A DNA stretch of 58,058 nt. Origin: Chiloscyllium plagiosum. Its lineage: Eukaryota. Of this stretch, positions 36,831-48,886 are shown in pieces. Made by a program: the position numbers and the translations under genes. The notes under the pieces are model-generated. The model did no database searches. It was given only the letters and a program-made list of their open reading frames with translations, and was not told the origin of the DNA. The stretch lies in contig NC_057724.1 of assembly GCF_004010195.1 (NCBI RefSeq), positions 64,878,293 to 64,936,350 on the forward strand, written 5' to 3'. The number at the start of each line of letters is the position of its first letter. Within the stretch, counting starts at the first letter, position 1.

Positions 36831-39269
36831 ATTGGCATTGACTCCAATGTGGCATGATGAAAGCTTGTTATTTCCTGCAGTTTGCCCAGACCCTATTCCA
36901 CTGCTCAGCTTTTTTGAAACCTGATGAGGTTTTGGAAGGCACGTCTTTGAAACACCAACTGATTGCGTTGAAGGCTTTCTTCCTCTGTCCACAACAGAGC
37001 AACCTACTTTGCAGATTTGAACAGGAGGTATAATGTCTTTTTGCATTCCAGATTTACGTACTTGACTAACACTTTTCCTCCTGGCTCCTGGGAGATCAAC
37101 ACATTTCAAGGAATTCTCAGTTCTGATTTTGGCTTGCCTTAATTGCTGTCCAGATCTTGGTACATTTGAATTTTTTCCACTACTAGTTTCAATGGCAACA
37201 GTGCCAGAACTTCTGTGTTCATCCAGGGACTCTTCTGCTCCAACATGCATGTCATCCTGAAGTATGGCGGAAGAAACCAGGTTAGATTGGTCAAGTTGTT
37301 GATATTCTAGAAAACTTCGCCTCCTTTTGATATATGGAGTAGAAATATAGTTGGGAGCCCATTCTGAACTCACTATGTCATGAATCACGTCTGTCTGTTC
37401 ACAAGTAATTTGTTCTCCATGTTGGGAGGAGTTTCTTAAATGTAGGCTTCTTTCTAAACCATAAACCCCTTTACGTAATCCTACAGAACAGCTGAAATCA
37501 CAATCACCACCTCCATTTGCTTCAACTGATCTTTTTTCAATACCTATAGAACTATCCGCTTTCCCCAAATCCAGAATCAAATTTGAGTTACCACTGTTTC
37601 CACCTGTCTCCACTTGGTCTAACATTGATCCATAATCCATAACACATTGTCTCCCAAGTTTAAAGTTCTCAGATGTCAGTCTGACTTCATTCGAGCCTCC
37701 TGGTGATAGAGGCACCTGGCAATGGGGCAAGTTTGTTATTTTATTGGCATTTTCCAAACTGTTATCATGCTTTGATGCATCAAATGTAGCATTGCAGTCA
37801 AAGACAGTTACAATTCTACGTAACTGCTCTTTGTCGTTTGTTGATTGAAGTAACTTGCATCCAGACAAAGTATAGGCTTTGCTAGCTGTCTCAAAACTAT
37901 CTTCATATTTTGCTGCAAACATTGCATTTTTCCAGTCATCCACAGTCACAGTGCAATGAAATGGTACCATTACGTTCGTTGATGGAGGCATCTTGCAATG
38001 AAAGGAGCTAGTTACATTGAGGTCACATCCCTCATCATCTTCATATAGAAAGTTAAAAGTTCTATTTCTAAAATTATCCACAATTGTGGTACCATTTAAC
38101 TGCACTGTGCAATTAAATGAGTTAGTTACCTTCTGGTCATTTCTAATGTGGTTTTCATGCTTTGATAAATTAAGGGCTACATTTACATGATCTGTCACAG
38201 GTATTGTTTCATTCAACTGGATTAGCTCTACTTTAGATGAGGATAGCATACAGTTAAATACAATGGGCAGCTTGTTCTGCATATAACTGGAAGAGACAAC
38301 ATGCTTAAGTACACCAACTTCCCAGTCATTAAGGTCACTTTGCAACATCGTTTCATTTAACTGGATCAAGTTTTCAGAAGGGAACACGGGCAGAGCTCCA
38401 GCCTCAGTAAAGTCATTTGTTTTAACAGGTGGATCTTCAGTTTCCATTTCCGAGAGAATTTGTTGACAGTTGATACTGTTTTCCTCTTGCAATTCTGAAG
38501 TGGTGCCATCTTGTGGCAATTTTGCTGGGGAGGCAATTGAACAGTTCAACGGTATAAGTTCATTATTTATCATGGAAACATTAGTCACAGAAGCTGGATT
38601 TATTGCATCAACTATATGGAGATGACATAGCTCGCTTTTATCATTTAACTTAGTAGCTATACGTATACATTCTTCTGCAATAGCACTGGTGAATAAGTGT
38701 GACAAGTTACTTGATTCCATAATGGATAGTGAGCAACAGGTTAATTGTATTTGCTCCTGTTCAGAGGTACTTTTAGAAACATTAATGTCAAGCAAGGTTT
38801 GTTGCACTATCACATCCACATCTTTTGTTTTTAAAGGAATTTGACCTTTATATTTGCTGTCAGAACTTGGAAGACAATATGTTGCATTCAAAGAATTTTC
38901 TTTTGGCCGTGTATCCACTTTGAATTTGGTATCCAATTTTCGGGTAGAATTTAGACTGGAAGAGCCTGTGCTGAATTGCCCACTTTTGACAATGGAGGCA
39001 CTTGGTTGTCTTAGCATTCGTTTTTCAAGAGGTTTCAAGTTGTTGGTAGCAACTGTCTGTTTCCCCAATTCAGGCTGTGGCTTTTTTGAGCAACCTTGTG
39101 CTGGACCTTTTCTGGTCAGGAGTGAACATCTGCGTTGTGATGTTGCTTCACTATTCGTCTTAGCAGCTGGGGGAGCAACAGGATTGCTTGGGGTTCTAAT
39201 GGAAACTGAGGGTCTAGTGGAAATACACACTGAAGTTCGACACTTGGGTGCAGCTAATGATGACTTCAT
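36831..39269 (-). CDS. Uncharacterised ~947-aa protein, large exon (813 codons, S/T/K/N-rich, probably disordered)
   Basis: 2.5-kb uninterrupted, repeat-free ORF with no transposon motifs. First in-frame ATG after an upstream TGA (39345-39347) is at 39269 (MKSSLAAPK). Donor AAT|GTAAGT at 36830. Likely acceptor GGTTTCAG before 39380. The true N-terminus is uncertain. Confidence 0.85.
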
Positions 39270-39477
39270 TGAACACAGTCTGGATTGTGGTGATGTTTTC
39301 AGCACAGGAGGTGGGAAAAAGAGGAAATCAAAAGCAGTAGCTGATCAACAAATACCACTTAAAACAAAACACGCAGGCATCTGAAACCACAAGGCAAATA
39401 CTTTAAAAGGATGCAAAAACTGAAAGAACTCTGGATGTTGTAAATCAGAGACAAAAACAGAAATTGCTGGAAAAGCT

Positions 39478-39792
39478 GGGTGCGGCACAGTGACTCAATG
39501 GGTAGCATTGTTGCCTCACAGCGCCAGAGACCTGGGTTCAATTCCTGCCTTGGGCAACTGTGTGTGGAGTTTGTACGTTCTCCCAGTGTTTACATGGGTT
39601 TCCTCCGGGTGCTCCGGTTTCCTCCCACAATCCAAAGATGTGCAGGTTAGGTGAATTGGCCATGCTAAACTATTGGGGGGGGCGATGGCCTAGTGGTAGT
39701 ATCACTAGACTATTAAGTCAGAAACCCAAAATAATGTTCTAGGGGCCTGGGTTCAAATCCAGCTATGGGGTGTGGTGGAATTTGAATTCAAT
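39478..39792 (+). mobile_element. Truncated HE1-like SINE followed by the head of a second tRNA-SINE family
   Basis: GCGGCACAGTGACTCAATGG...GGGTTCAATTCC, then GATGGCCTAGTGG...GGGTTCAAATCC...GAATTTGAATTCAAT. Confidence 0.75.
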
Positions 39793-39801
39793 TTGCTATC
39801 T

Positions 39802-39891
39802 GGCTCGTTGGTCTAGGGGTATGATTTTCGCTTAGGGTGTTCTACTGCGCAGACTTGCAAGAGGTCCCAGGCTCAAATCCCAGACAAGCCA
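39802..39891 (+). pseudogene. tRNA-Pro(AGG), decayed, with an 18-nt insert at position 37/38
   Basis: GGCTCGTTGGTCTAGGGGTATGATTTTCGCTTAGGG-[TGTTCTACTGCGCAGACT]-TGCAAGAGGTCCCAGGCTCAAATCCCAGACAAGCCA is colinear with vertebrate tRNA-Pro. Several CpG>CpA changes, and TTC>CTC in the T loop. Confidence 0.85.
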
Positions 39892-39936
39892 TGTTTCTTA
39901 ACTTGACTTGTGCAAAAATGTCTGATTAATTTTACG

Positions 39937-40260
39937 AGTGGCACAGTGGTTAGCACTGCTGCCTCACAGCGCCAGGGAGCCGGGTTCAACTCCCGCCTCG
40001 GGCAACTGTCTGTGTGGAGTTTGCACGTTCTCCCAGTGTCTGCATGGGTTTCCTCCAGGTGCTCCGGTTTCCTCCCACAGTCCAAAAATGTGCAGGTTAG
40101 GTTAATTGGCCATGCTAAATTGCTCATAGTGTTAGGTACATTAGTCAGGGGTTGCATGTAGGGGAATGGGTCTGGGTGGGTTGTTCTTCAGACGGTCGGT
40201 GTGGACTTGTTGGGCCGAAGGGCCTGTTTCAACACTGTATGGAATAGAATCTAATCTAAT
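39937..40260 (+). mobile_element. tRNA-derived SINE (HE1-like)
   Basis: GTGGCACAGTGGTTAGCACTGCTGCCTCACAGCGCCAGG head; AATCTAATCTAAT tail. Confidence 0.9.
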
Positions 40261-40493
40261 TTGGAAGCATCTGAGGAGAGAAATCAGAGTTAATGTTTTG
40301 GGTTGAGTGATCCTTCCTCAGTTCTGCCAGGCCTGCTGAGCTTTTCCAGCAATTTCTGTTTTTGTACTTTAAGGATGTATTAATTTGGGGAAATTTTTAA
40401 TTTAAGCCAACTGATTCTCAAAGATTTTTTTTGTGAAAACCTGATTCTCACAAATATAAAAGAGGGAATTTATTTCTGGGCATTATAATTTCT

Positions 40494-41171
40494 TCAAAGT
40501 TTGTGCGAAGATTTGTAGCTCAGGTGCTCGTTGTTGTGGTTCTGTTCGCCGAGCTGGAAGTTTTTGTTGCAAACGTTTCATCCCCTGGCTAGGCGACATC
40601 ATCAGTGCTTGGGAGCCTCCTGCGAAGCGCTTCTTTGATGTTTCCTCCGGTGTTTATAGTGGTCTGTCCCTGCCGCTTCCGGTTGTCAGTTTCAGCTGTC
40701 CGCTGTAGTGGTTGGTATATTGGGTCCAGGTCGATGTGTTTGTTGATGGAGTTTGTGGATGAATGCCATGCCTCTAGGAATTCCCTGGCTGTTCTCTGTC
40801 TGGCTTGCCCTATGATAGTAGTGTTGTCCCAGTCGAATTCATGTTGCTTGTTGTCTGCGTGTGTGAATTCGACTGGGACAACACTACTATCATAGGGCAA
40901 GCCAGACAGAGAACAGCCAGGGAATTCATAGAGGCATGGCATTCATCCACAAACTCCATCAACAAACACATCGACCTGGACACAATATACCAACCACTAC
41001 AGCGGACAACTGAAACTGACAACCGGAAGCGGCAGGGACAGACCACTATAAACACCGGAGGAAACATCAAAGAAGCGTTTCGCAGGAGGCTCCCAAGCAC
41101 TGATGATGTCGCCTAGCCAGGGGACGAAACGTTTGCAACAAAAACTTCCAGCTCGGCGAACAGAACCACAA
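40494..41171. mobile_element. Young fold-back Penelope 3'-end insertion with ~305-bp inverted arms
   Basis: 40533-40838 is the reverse complement of ~40866-41171. Both arms encode FDWDNTTIIGQARQRTAREF.EAWHS. TSD CATTATAATTTCT at 40481-40493 and 41172-41184. Confidence 0.9.
41097..41136 (+). ncRNA. Minimal type I hammerhead motif of a second PLE family (mirror copy at ~40568-40608, minus strand)
   Basis: GCA-CTGATGA-T-GTC(GCCTAGCCAGGG)GAC-GAAAC-GTT-TGC. Confidence 0.7.
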
Positions 41172-41479
41172 CATTATAATTTCTCATAGCTGAAAGAGGC
41201 AGGATAAACCAGAAGACAGTCTTCCTCATTTTCTAATTTGACAACTTCAAAGAAAATTCGAATTGTGAAAGCAAACAAAATTTGAGGGAAATAGTTACAA
41301 CACAGAAGAGATGAGAAACAATTGACAGAGATGCATTGGAACACTACTCACCTACAATGTCTCCTCACTTGGGTGGGTGCAGGTGGAAAGAAATGTAATG
41401 ACAGAAAAGAGAATAACCATGTTTTCTCACGAGGCCCTCACCAAAATCAGTCTTCAAAGAGTGGGGTCATCCATCATAT

Positions 41480-43200
41480 TAATAAGTAAAAGGTTCTTCA
41501 AACATACGAACAGTAGAAGGTTAATGAAGGATAGAGTAGGACTCAAAAGAATAAGCTGCTCACTCAATCAAAGGATATGTCAGAGATACTAAATGAGTAC
41601 TTTGCTTCTGTCTTTATCAAATTAGCAAATGGTGACAATGGCCCAATTAAAAGTGTGCATTGTGAGCAACTGAGCAGTATAATGACAGATAAAGAAGTGA
41701 TACTAAAGGGGCTGGCAGCACACCAGATCCAGATCCAGATGCATCCTCGATTGAGAGGGGTAAAGCAGTAAATTACTGAGCCATTGACAGAAATTTTCCA
41801 GGCCTCCTTGAACACAGGATTAGTCCCAAAAGATGACAGGATTGCAAATATGAGTAAGAAAGGAGTAAAAGGATAACTGAGGAAACTATAGACTTCTTAG
41901 CTTGATGTCATAATATAGGATAAGATAAATATACATTTTGAGAACTATAAGTTAAAACTGGACAGTCAACACCACTTTGTCTCGGCAAGTCATGTCTGAA
42001 ATTTCATTGAGTTCTTTGATGCGGTTACACACAGGCAATGGATGAGGATGGTGCTATGGATGTTGTTTATTTGTGCAGTCAAAGTATTTAATATGGTGCC
42101 ACATGGCAGGTTGTTAGCAAGTTAGAAATGTTTGGGATTGATTGGAACTTGACAGTGAGGATTTGAAGTCCATTGATAGATAGGAAAGAAAGTGCGTAAA
42201 GATGGGCATTCTTTAAATTGCAGACAAGTTAAAAGTGGTGTTCCACAAGGATCAGTGTTGGGACCCTTGATTTTTCTGATTTATGTAAAAGATTTGGAGA
42301 TGGATGTTGAGGGCAAAAATCTCTAAATTTGCAGATGATACCAAGCTAGAGATGATACTGAATTGTGAGGAAAATGCTGAGCAACTTCAGAGGATCATTA
42401 ATAAGTTGGCCAAATAGGCAGACACCTGGCAAATGGATTTTAATGCAGAGAAATGTCATAGAAAAGTCACTTTGGTAGAAGAAACACAGACAATGCTTTG
42501 AGTGAGTCCAAGGAACATAGGTACCTCTGAGTTCATGTGCTTAATTCTCTGAAGGTGGCCAGGCAAGTTGAAACAGTTGTTAAGAAAGCTTATAGAAGCA
42601 TGAGGTTATAAGTAGAAATAAAAAGTATGAAAGTAAGGAAGTGATACTGATCTCTACAAATGATTGGTCAGAGCATATTTAGGCTCCTTATTTAGAAAAA
42701 TATGTTAAATCCCTAGAGGGAGTGGAAAGGAAATCTACTTGAATGATACCAGGGATAGGGACTTTAGGTACATGGAATGATTAGACAAATTGGGCTTATT
42801 CTCCTTGGGAACAGAGAAGATTAACGGATGAACTTATTTATGTGTTCAGAAATGGTGAACATTTTTGATAGAGCAAAGAAAGATATTGTTTCCACCAATC
42901 AGTATATCAGTCACAATTTCACAATTGTCACAAGTTCAAGACTGTCAGCAAGAGAGCTAGGAGTGAGATGAGGTGAAATATCTTTACTGAGGGTTGTTAG
43001 GATTTGGAATGTGCTGCCTGGGAGAGTAGTGGACATAGATTCTGTAGGAGGTTTCAGAAGATTTCAAATGAGAGCTGGATATATATAATTTGAAAGTGAT
43101 GAATTTAGAAGTTAGGGAGATAGGGCTGAAGACTAGGACTTCCTGGGCAGCTCTTGTGGAAGCTGGTACAGACATGGGTGAAGTGGCCTCCATGATTCTA
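41480..43200 (+). mobile_element. Decayed CR1-clade LINE ORF2
   Basis: EILNEYFASVF, GGTGTTCCACAAGGATCAGTGTTGGGACC (GVPQGSVLGP), KFADDTKL. Confidence 0.85.
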
Positions 43201-43874
43201 TAATAAAAAGACAGACAGATGGAGAAAAATATTTGGAAAACTTTAGGAGGAGGTTGGGACAGGGAAAGCAAGAGAATCAGGAAAGATATTCTCCAAACTT
43301 TGCCTGCAAGGTCACAAGAGGTACTCTATGGAGAATTATTGCCTCAGTAATTTTAAAATCAAAACCTACAGGTCAAACCTTGGCATGTGTTCATTCCAGA
43401 CATTTTCCAACCCCTATCTGGAGAGAACTTTTTAAGCGAGATGGGGAGGATAACGAAGTTCAGTAGGTAACTAAATTACAAGAGCATAATATAATCTCCA
43501 TGTACTTAAGTTATCATGATTCAATGTAATCAAGATAGCAAACTAATCAAGGATCGGCATTGCTTTCACATTACAATCAAAATACTCTGCTGCTGCATAG
43601 AAAACATGTACGTTCCATTACTGAACCTTCAGCAAGAGCATATTTAAGTTAAAAACCAACGTCTAAAAGCTCAAATAAGACATTGAAAAAAGGCAGTTTG
43701 TAACATGTGATTTACAGAAATTGGCCAAACATTGTTTCCTAGCATTGCAAGGGCCATTGAAATCCTAACCTGATGAATGACAGTTTCAATATACTAGTCA
43801 AAGTCAAAGTCAGCTGATGAGGCCATCAGACCACCCAATCTATTGATCACTGAACTCTTGTGGACTCTTTATAT

Positions 43875-44100
43875 GGAGAAAGTGAGGACTGCAGATGCTG
43901 GAGATCAGAGCTGAAAATGTGTTGCTGGAAAAGCGCAGCAGGTCAGGCAGCATCCAGGGAACAGGAGAATCGACGTTTCGGGCATAAGCCCTTCTTCAGG
44001 AATATTCCTGAAGAAGGGCTTATGCCCGAAACATCGATTCTCCTGTTCCCTGGATGCTGCCTGACCTGCTGCGCTTTTCCAGCAACACATTTTCAGCTCT
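43875..44100. mobile_element. Fold-back short PLE-derived insertion with hammerheads on both strands
   Basis: Spacer-less palindrome centred on 44003/44004 (CTTCAGGAAT|ATTCCTGAAG). Degenerate TSD TGGACTCTTTATATG / TGGACTATTTGTATG. Confidence 0.85.
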
Positions 44101-44302
44101 GGACTATTTGTATGCCAGGAGAGGAGATTCTTGCGATGTGGGAAAAAGAGACAGATTTTAGGAGGAGTGTACGTTATCATTCATAGTTTTTTTTTGGTTT
44201 AAGAAACATTTGTTGACTATCAGATAGATATCTAAAACAAAGGGTAACAAACAGCAGTGGAACTTCACAATATGGAACCGAGGACCCAAGGTTAATACCG
44301 GG

Positions 44303-47260
44303 CAAAAACAGAAATTGCTCGAGAAAACTTAGCAGGCCTGGCAGCATCTGTGGAGAGAAAGCAGAGTCAACATTTTGAGTTCAGTGACCCTTCTTCAGAA
44401 CTGGTAGTAGCCAAGAAAAGGTGGGAAAGGGGTGAGCAAATAGATACAGACAGAGCACAAAGAGAGAAATAAAATAAGAATGTTTGGAAGATACAGTAAA
44501 GGGATGGTTGATAGTATGCCAGGGAAGAAGAAAAGCTGATAATGGGGACAAAGAGTAGGTGACAATGAGTTAGCTGTGTTGAAAGAGATCATGTCACAAC
44601 AGGTCCCCAGATGGGTAAAGAACATGAAAGGTGGTGTTCAGACTGTAACATTATTGAAGTTAATAGAATCCTGAAAGCTGCACAATCCCCAAGCAGAAGA
44701 GGAGCTGCTGTTCGTCCAGCTCATACTGACCCTCACTAAACACTACAGCAGGCCTGAGATAGAAATGTTGGCCAGGGAACAGAGTGATGTGTTGAAATAG
44801 CAGGCAAGTGGAAGCTTGGGTCATTTTTATGGACAGAATGTAGGTGTGCTGCAAAGCAATCATGCAGTCTGCATTTCTTCTCCCCAACATTTGTGAGTAG
44901 CAAATACAGATGAGATTGAATGAAGAGCAGGTAAATCACTGCTTCACCTGAAAGGTGTGTTGGGAGACTTGGATAGTGATGAGGTAAAGGGGCAAATGTT
45001 GCACCTTCTCACATTGCATGGGAAGGTGCCTTCAGGGTTCAGGGAGTGGTCCTTGGGGAGTGGGAATGGAAGAGGAGTCCTGGAGTGCATGGTCCTTGCA
45101 AAATGCTGATAATGCACGTAGAGGGATGTAGATCTGGGGATAGCATCCTGCAGAAGTTGTCAGAAACAGCAGATTATGATCCTTCAGATATAGATGATAT
45201 TAAGCGTGAGGACCAGAGGGACCCTGTCAGTGTTGTGGCAGGGAGAGAAGGTGTGAGGACAGAATGATGAGAAACAGGTCAGACACGGCCAATGGCCTAT
45301 CAACCAGGGTGTCAGGGAATCCTCGGTTGAGGAAAAAGGTGGATATTTCTGAGGTCCCCTTGCAGAAGGTGGCATCATCAGAACAAATGCAATTGAGACA
45401 AAAACAGAGAATGGAACGGAGTTCTCTCATCTGCCACTGCCCCACTGCCTAGCTCTTAGTTCCCCCATCCTGAACTGCCTGCTTTTCCCTTCTTCCAAAA
45501 TTCTACACAGTTCTGCTGAGGCAGATCCATTCTTTCCACCTTTCTTACTCCACTGAACTTGTTTCTTCCTAACAAGTTTTTTGTCCCCTTGTCTAGTCCC
45601 TTCCCATTTACGTCTGTAAACCTGATGCTTTGTCAGATTCAAAATTTCCAGTTTGCAGGCATCAGTCATCTCCTCTTCACCACGGATGGGCAATCTTTCT
45701 AAACGTCCATCCCTCATCAGAATGGACTTGCTCTCACTTCTTCTTGGAAGATGATCTGAACTGCCCTCATTCACAACTACCACGCTCCACCTGCACATCT
45801 TCAATTTGAACAACTTCTTCTCACTTTATTCAGACCATAGGTGTGGCCACGAGTACCCAAATGGGCAGCAGTTATACTTGTCTCTTTGTTGGATATGTGG
45901 AACATTCCTTGTTCCAAGGCAACTCGAGTCAGTCCCAACAATTCTTTCTTCAACAAATCAATTATATCCTCGGTGCTGCTTCCCTCGCTTGTTCGGAATT
46001 GGAAGGATTCATCAATTGCACCTCCAATGCCCATCACACTCTCACCTTCACTTGGTCCATCTCTGTTCCCTTTATGGGGACAGGCTAGCCATTGATAATC
46101 ATGACAAACCAATTGACACACACACAGTTATCTAGACTATACATCCTCACACCCTGCTTCCTGCGATAACTCCATTCCAATCTCCAGCCTCTCAGTTCTG
46201 ATGATGCTACCTTCCACAGGGTGAGCTGAGAAATGTCCAATGTTTTTCTCAGCCAAGGACACCATCATGGTTAATAGGGTCTTTACCTGTGTTTAACCTT
46301 TGTCTTCCCTATTACAACACTTACAGACTCCCCCCAGTCCTCATTTTCCACAACAGTATCAACATCCAAAGATCATAAGCTGCCATTTCCACCACCTCCA
46401 GTGGAATGCCACCAAGCAGACCCATATTCCCCTCGCCTCCTTTGTCATTGTTTTTCAGTAACCACTCTCTCCAAGACATCCTGGTCCATTCCTCCTCCAC
46501 TCCCAACACCACTCTCAGCACCTTCCACACAAAAGCAGAAGATGCAACACAAGCCTCTTTACCCCTTACAATCAAAGGCTCCAGACACACATTCCAGATG
46601 AAGCAGCAATTTACCTGCACTTCACTTAATCCAGTTCACTGTATTCACTGCTCACAATATGGTTTCCTCTATCCTGGGAAGATGAAATGCAATGCATTTA
46701 CTCAGTCTGCAGTACACCCAATGATCCCGAGCTTCTGGTTGCCTGCCACTTCAACATACCGCTGTGCTCCCTGGCCAACATTTCTTTCTCTGTTCTGCTG
46801 CAGTGCTCCAGTGGAGCTAAGCACAAGCTAGAAGAACAGCACCTTATCTTCCACTTGGAAATGCTGCAGCCTTAAGTACTCAATATCAAGTTCAATAATT
46901 TTAAAAGCCTGAACACTTCCTTTATCCTACAACCTGTCATGACATGATCTGCTTTCAGTACAGCCAACCCATTTTCACCAACTCATTGTCCCCATTTATC
47001 AGCTTTTCACCTATTCCTTTGTCTGCCTAACTCTCTCTCCGGGTTCCATCTCCACCTATCCACACACCCCTTCTCACCACCACATCTTCCTGCCCCTCCT
47101 GCACCCACAAATCCATTGCCATTGTTATCACATAAATACCACCTTTTCCTAGCTACTATCAGTTCTGAAGACTGGTCCATGAACTTGAACATAAACACTG
47201 CATTCACACCACAGATGCTGCCAGACCTGCTGACTTCCTCCAGCAATTTCTGTTTCTGCT
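44303..47260. mobile_element. Old Penelope-like element pair in inverted arrangement (minus ~44303-45420, plus ~45800-47260)
   Basis: GVATSTQMGSSYTCLFVGYVE (RT motif), QQFTCTSLNPVHCIHCSQYGFLY (GIY-YIG region), KLEEQHLIFHL; homologous text on the opposite strand at 44650-45400. Confidence 0.78.
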
Positions 47261-48282
47261 TATGTTTGACTAATAAAGGGAAATATCACATGTACTCTTT
47301 ATCACCTTATCTAATTGTATTCAGGGATGTATGGACATGTACACCAAGGTCCCTCTGATCCTCTGTACTTCTCAGATTCTAACCATTCAACGTGTACTCC
47401 CTTGATTTGTTGGTCCTCCAAAGGGGCATCACCTCAGACTTAAGACCATAAGGCACAGTAGCAGAAATTAGGGCATTCGGCCAATCAAGTCTGCTCTGCT
47501 ATTCAATCATGGCCGATGGGTTTTTCAATCCCATTTTCCTTTCCTTCTCCCCGGAACCTTTGATCCCCTTAGCGTACAAGACCTTATCTAGTTTTTTTAA
47601 AAAAAACTACTCAATGACCTATCCTTCACAGCCAAGTGTGGCAATGAATTCCACAGATTCACCACTATCTGGCTAAAGACATTTCTCCTTATCAACATTC
47701 TAACAGGTCTTCCCTTTACTTTAAGGCTTGCCATAGGGTCCTCCTAGTCACTCCTGCCAATGGAAATCTTTTTAGGATTAAATTCTATTTGCCACAGTTC
47801 AAACCCACTGACCAGCTGGTCTATGTGATCCTTTAGTCTGAGGCTTTCCTCTTCACTATTTATCACACCACCAAAATGCACCATCTGTAAACTTACTGAC
47901 TTCCATGTCATAGAGTCATAGAGATGTACAGCATGGAAACAGACCCTTCGGTCCGACCCGTCCATGCTGACCAGATATCCCAACCCAATCTAGTCCCACC
48001 TGCCAGCACCCGACCCATATCCCACCAAACTCTACCTATTCATATACCCATCCAAATGCCTCTTAAATGTTGCAATTGTACCAGCCTCCACCACATCCTC
48101 TGGCAGCCCATTCCATACACGTACCACCCTCTACATGAAAAAGTTGCCCTGTAGGTCTCTTTTATATCTTTCCCCTCTCACCCTAAACCTATGCCCTCTA
48201 GTTCTGGACTCCCCGACCCCAGGAAAAAGACTTTGTCTATTTATCCTATCTATGCCACTCATAATTTTGTAAACCTCTATAA

Positions 48283-48646
48283 NNNNNNNNNNNNNNNNNN
48301 NNNNNNNNNNNNNNNNNNNNNNNNNNNNNNNNNNNNNNNNNNNNNNNNNNNNNNNNNNNNNNNNNNNNNNNNNNNNNNNNNNNNNNNNNNNNNNNNNNNN
48401 NNNNNNNNNNNNNNNNNNNNNNNNNNNNNNNNNNNNNNNNNNNNNNNNNNNNNNNNNNNNNNNNNNNNNNNNNNNNNNNNNNNNNNNNNNNNNNNNNNNN
48501 NNNNNNNNNNNNNNNNNNNNNNNNNNNNNNNNNNNNNNNNNNNNNNNNNNNNNNNNNNNNNNNNNNNNNNNNNNNNNNNNNNNNNNNNNNNNNNNNNNNN
48601 NNNNNNNNNNNNNNNNNNNNNNNNNNNNNNNNNNNNNNNNNNNNNN
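48283..48646. other. Assembly gap
   Basis: Run of N inside a CR1 copy. Confidence 1.
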
Positions 48647-48886
48647 TCACAGGCCTCCAATCTGAAAAACAACCCTCCACCATCACCCTCTGTCTTCTAC
48701 CTTTGTGCCAGTTCTGTGTCCAAATGGCTAGTTCTCCCTGTATTCCATGAGATCTAACCTTGCTAATCAGTCTCCCATTATTAGTGTACAGAACAAACAG
48801 CAAGGAGCCAGCATTGAACTGTGTGGTACACCACAGGGCACAGGCTTTCACTCTTCATTTTCGTCCTGCATAAAGCCAATTTTGGA

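Noticed and set aside
39345-39347. In-frame TGA after Cys as selenocysteine
   Set aside because: No SECIS recognised in the 3' UTR and no selenoprotein-like context; a uORF stop is simpler.
38854-39384. 176-aa plus-strand ORF
   Set aside because: Antisense shadow of the large exon.
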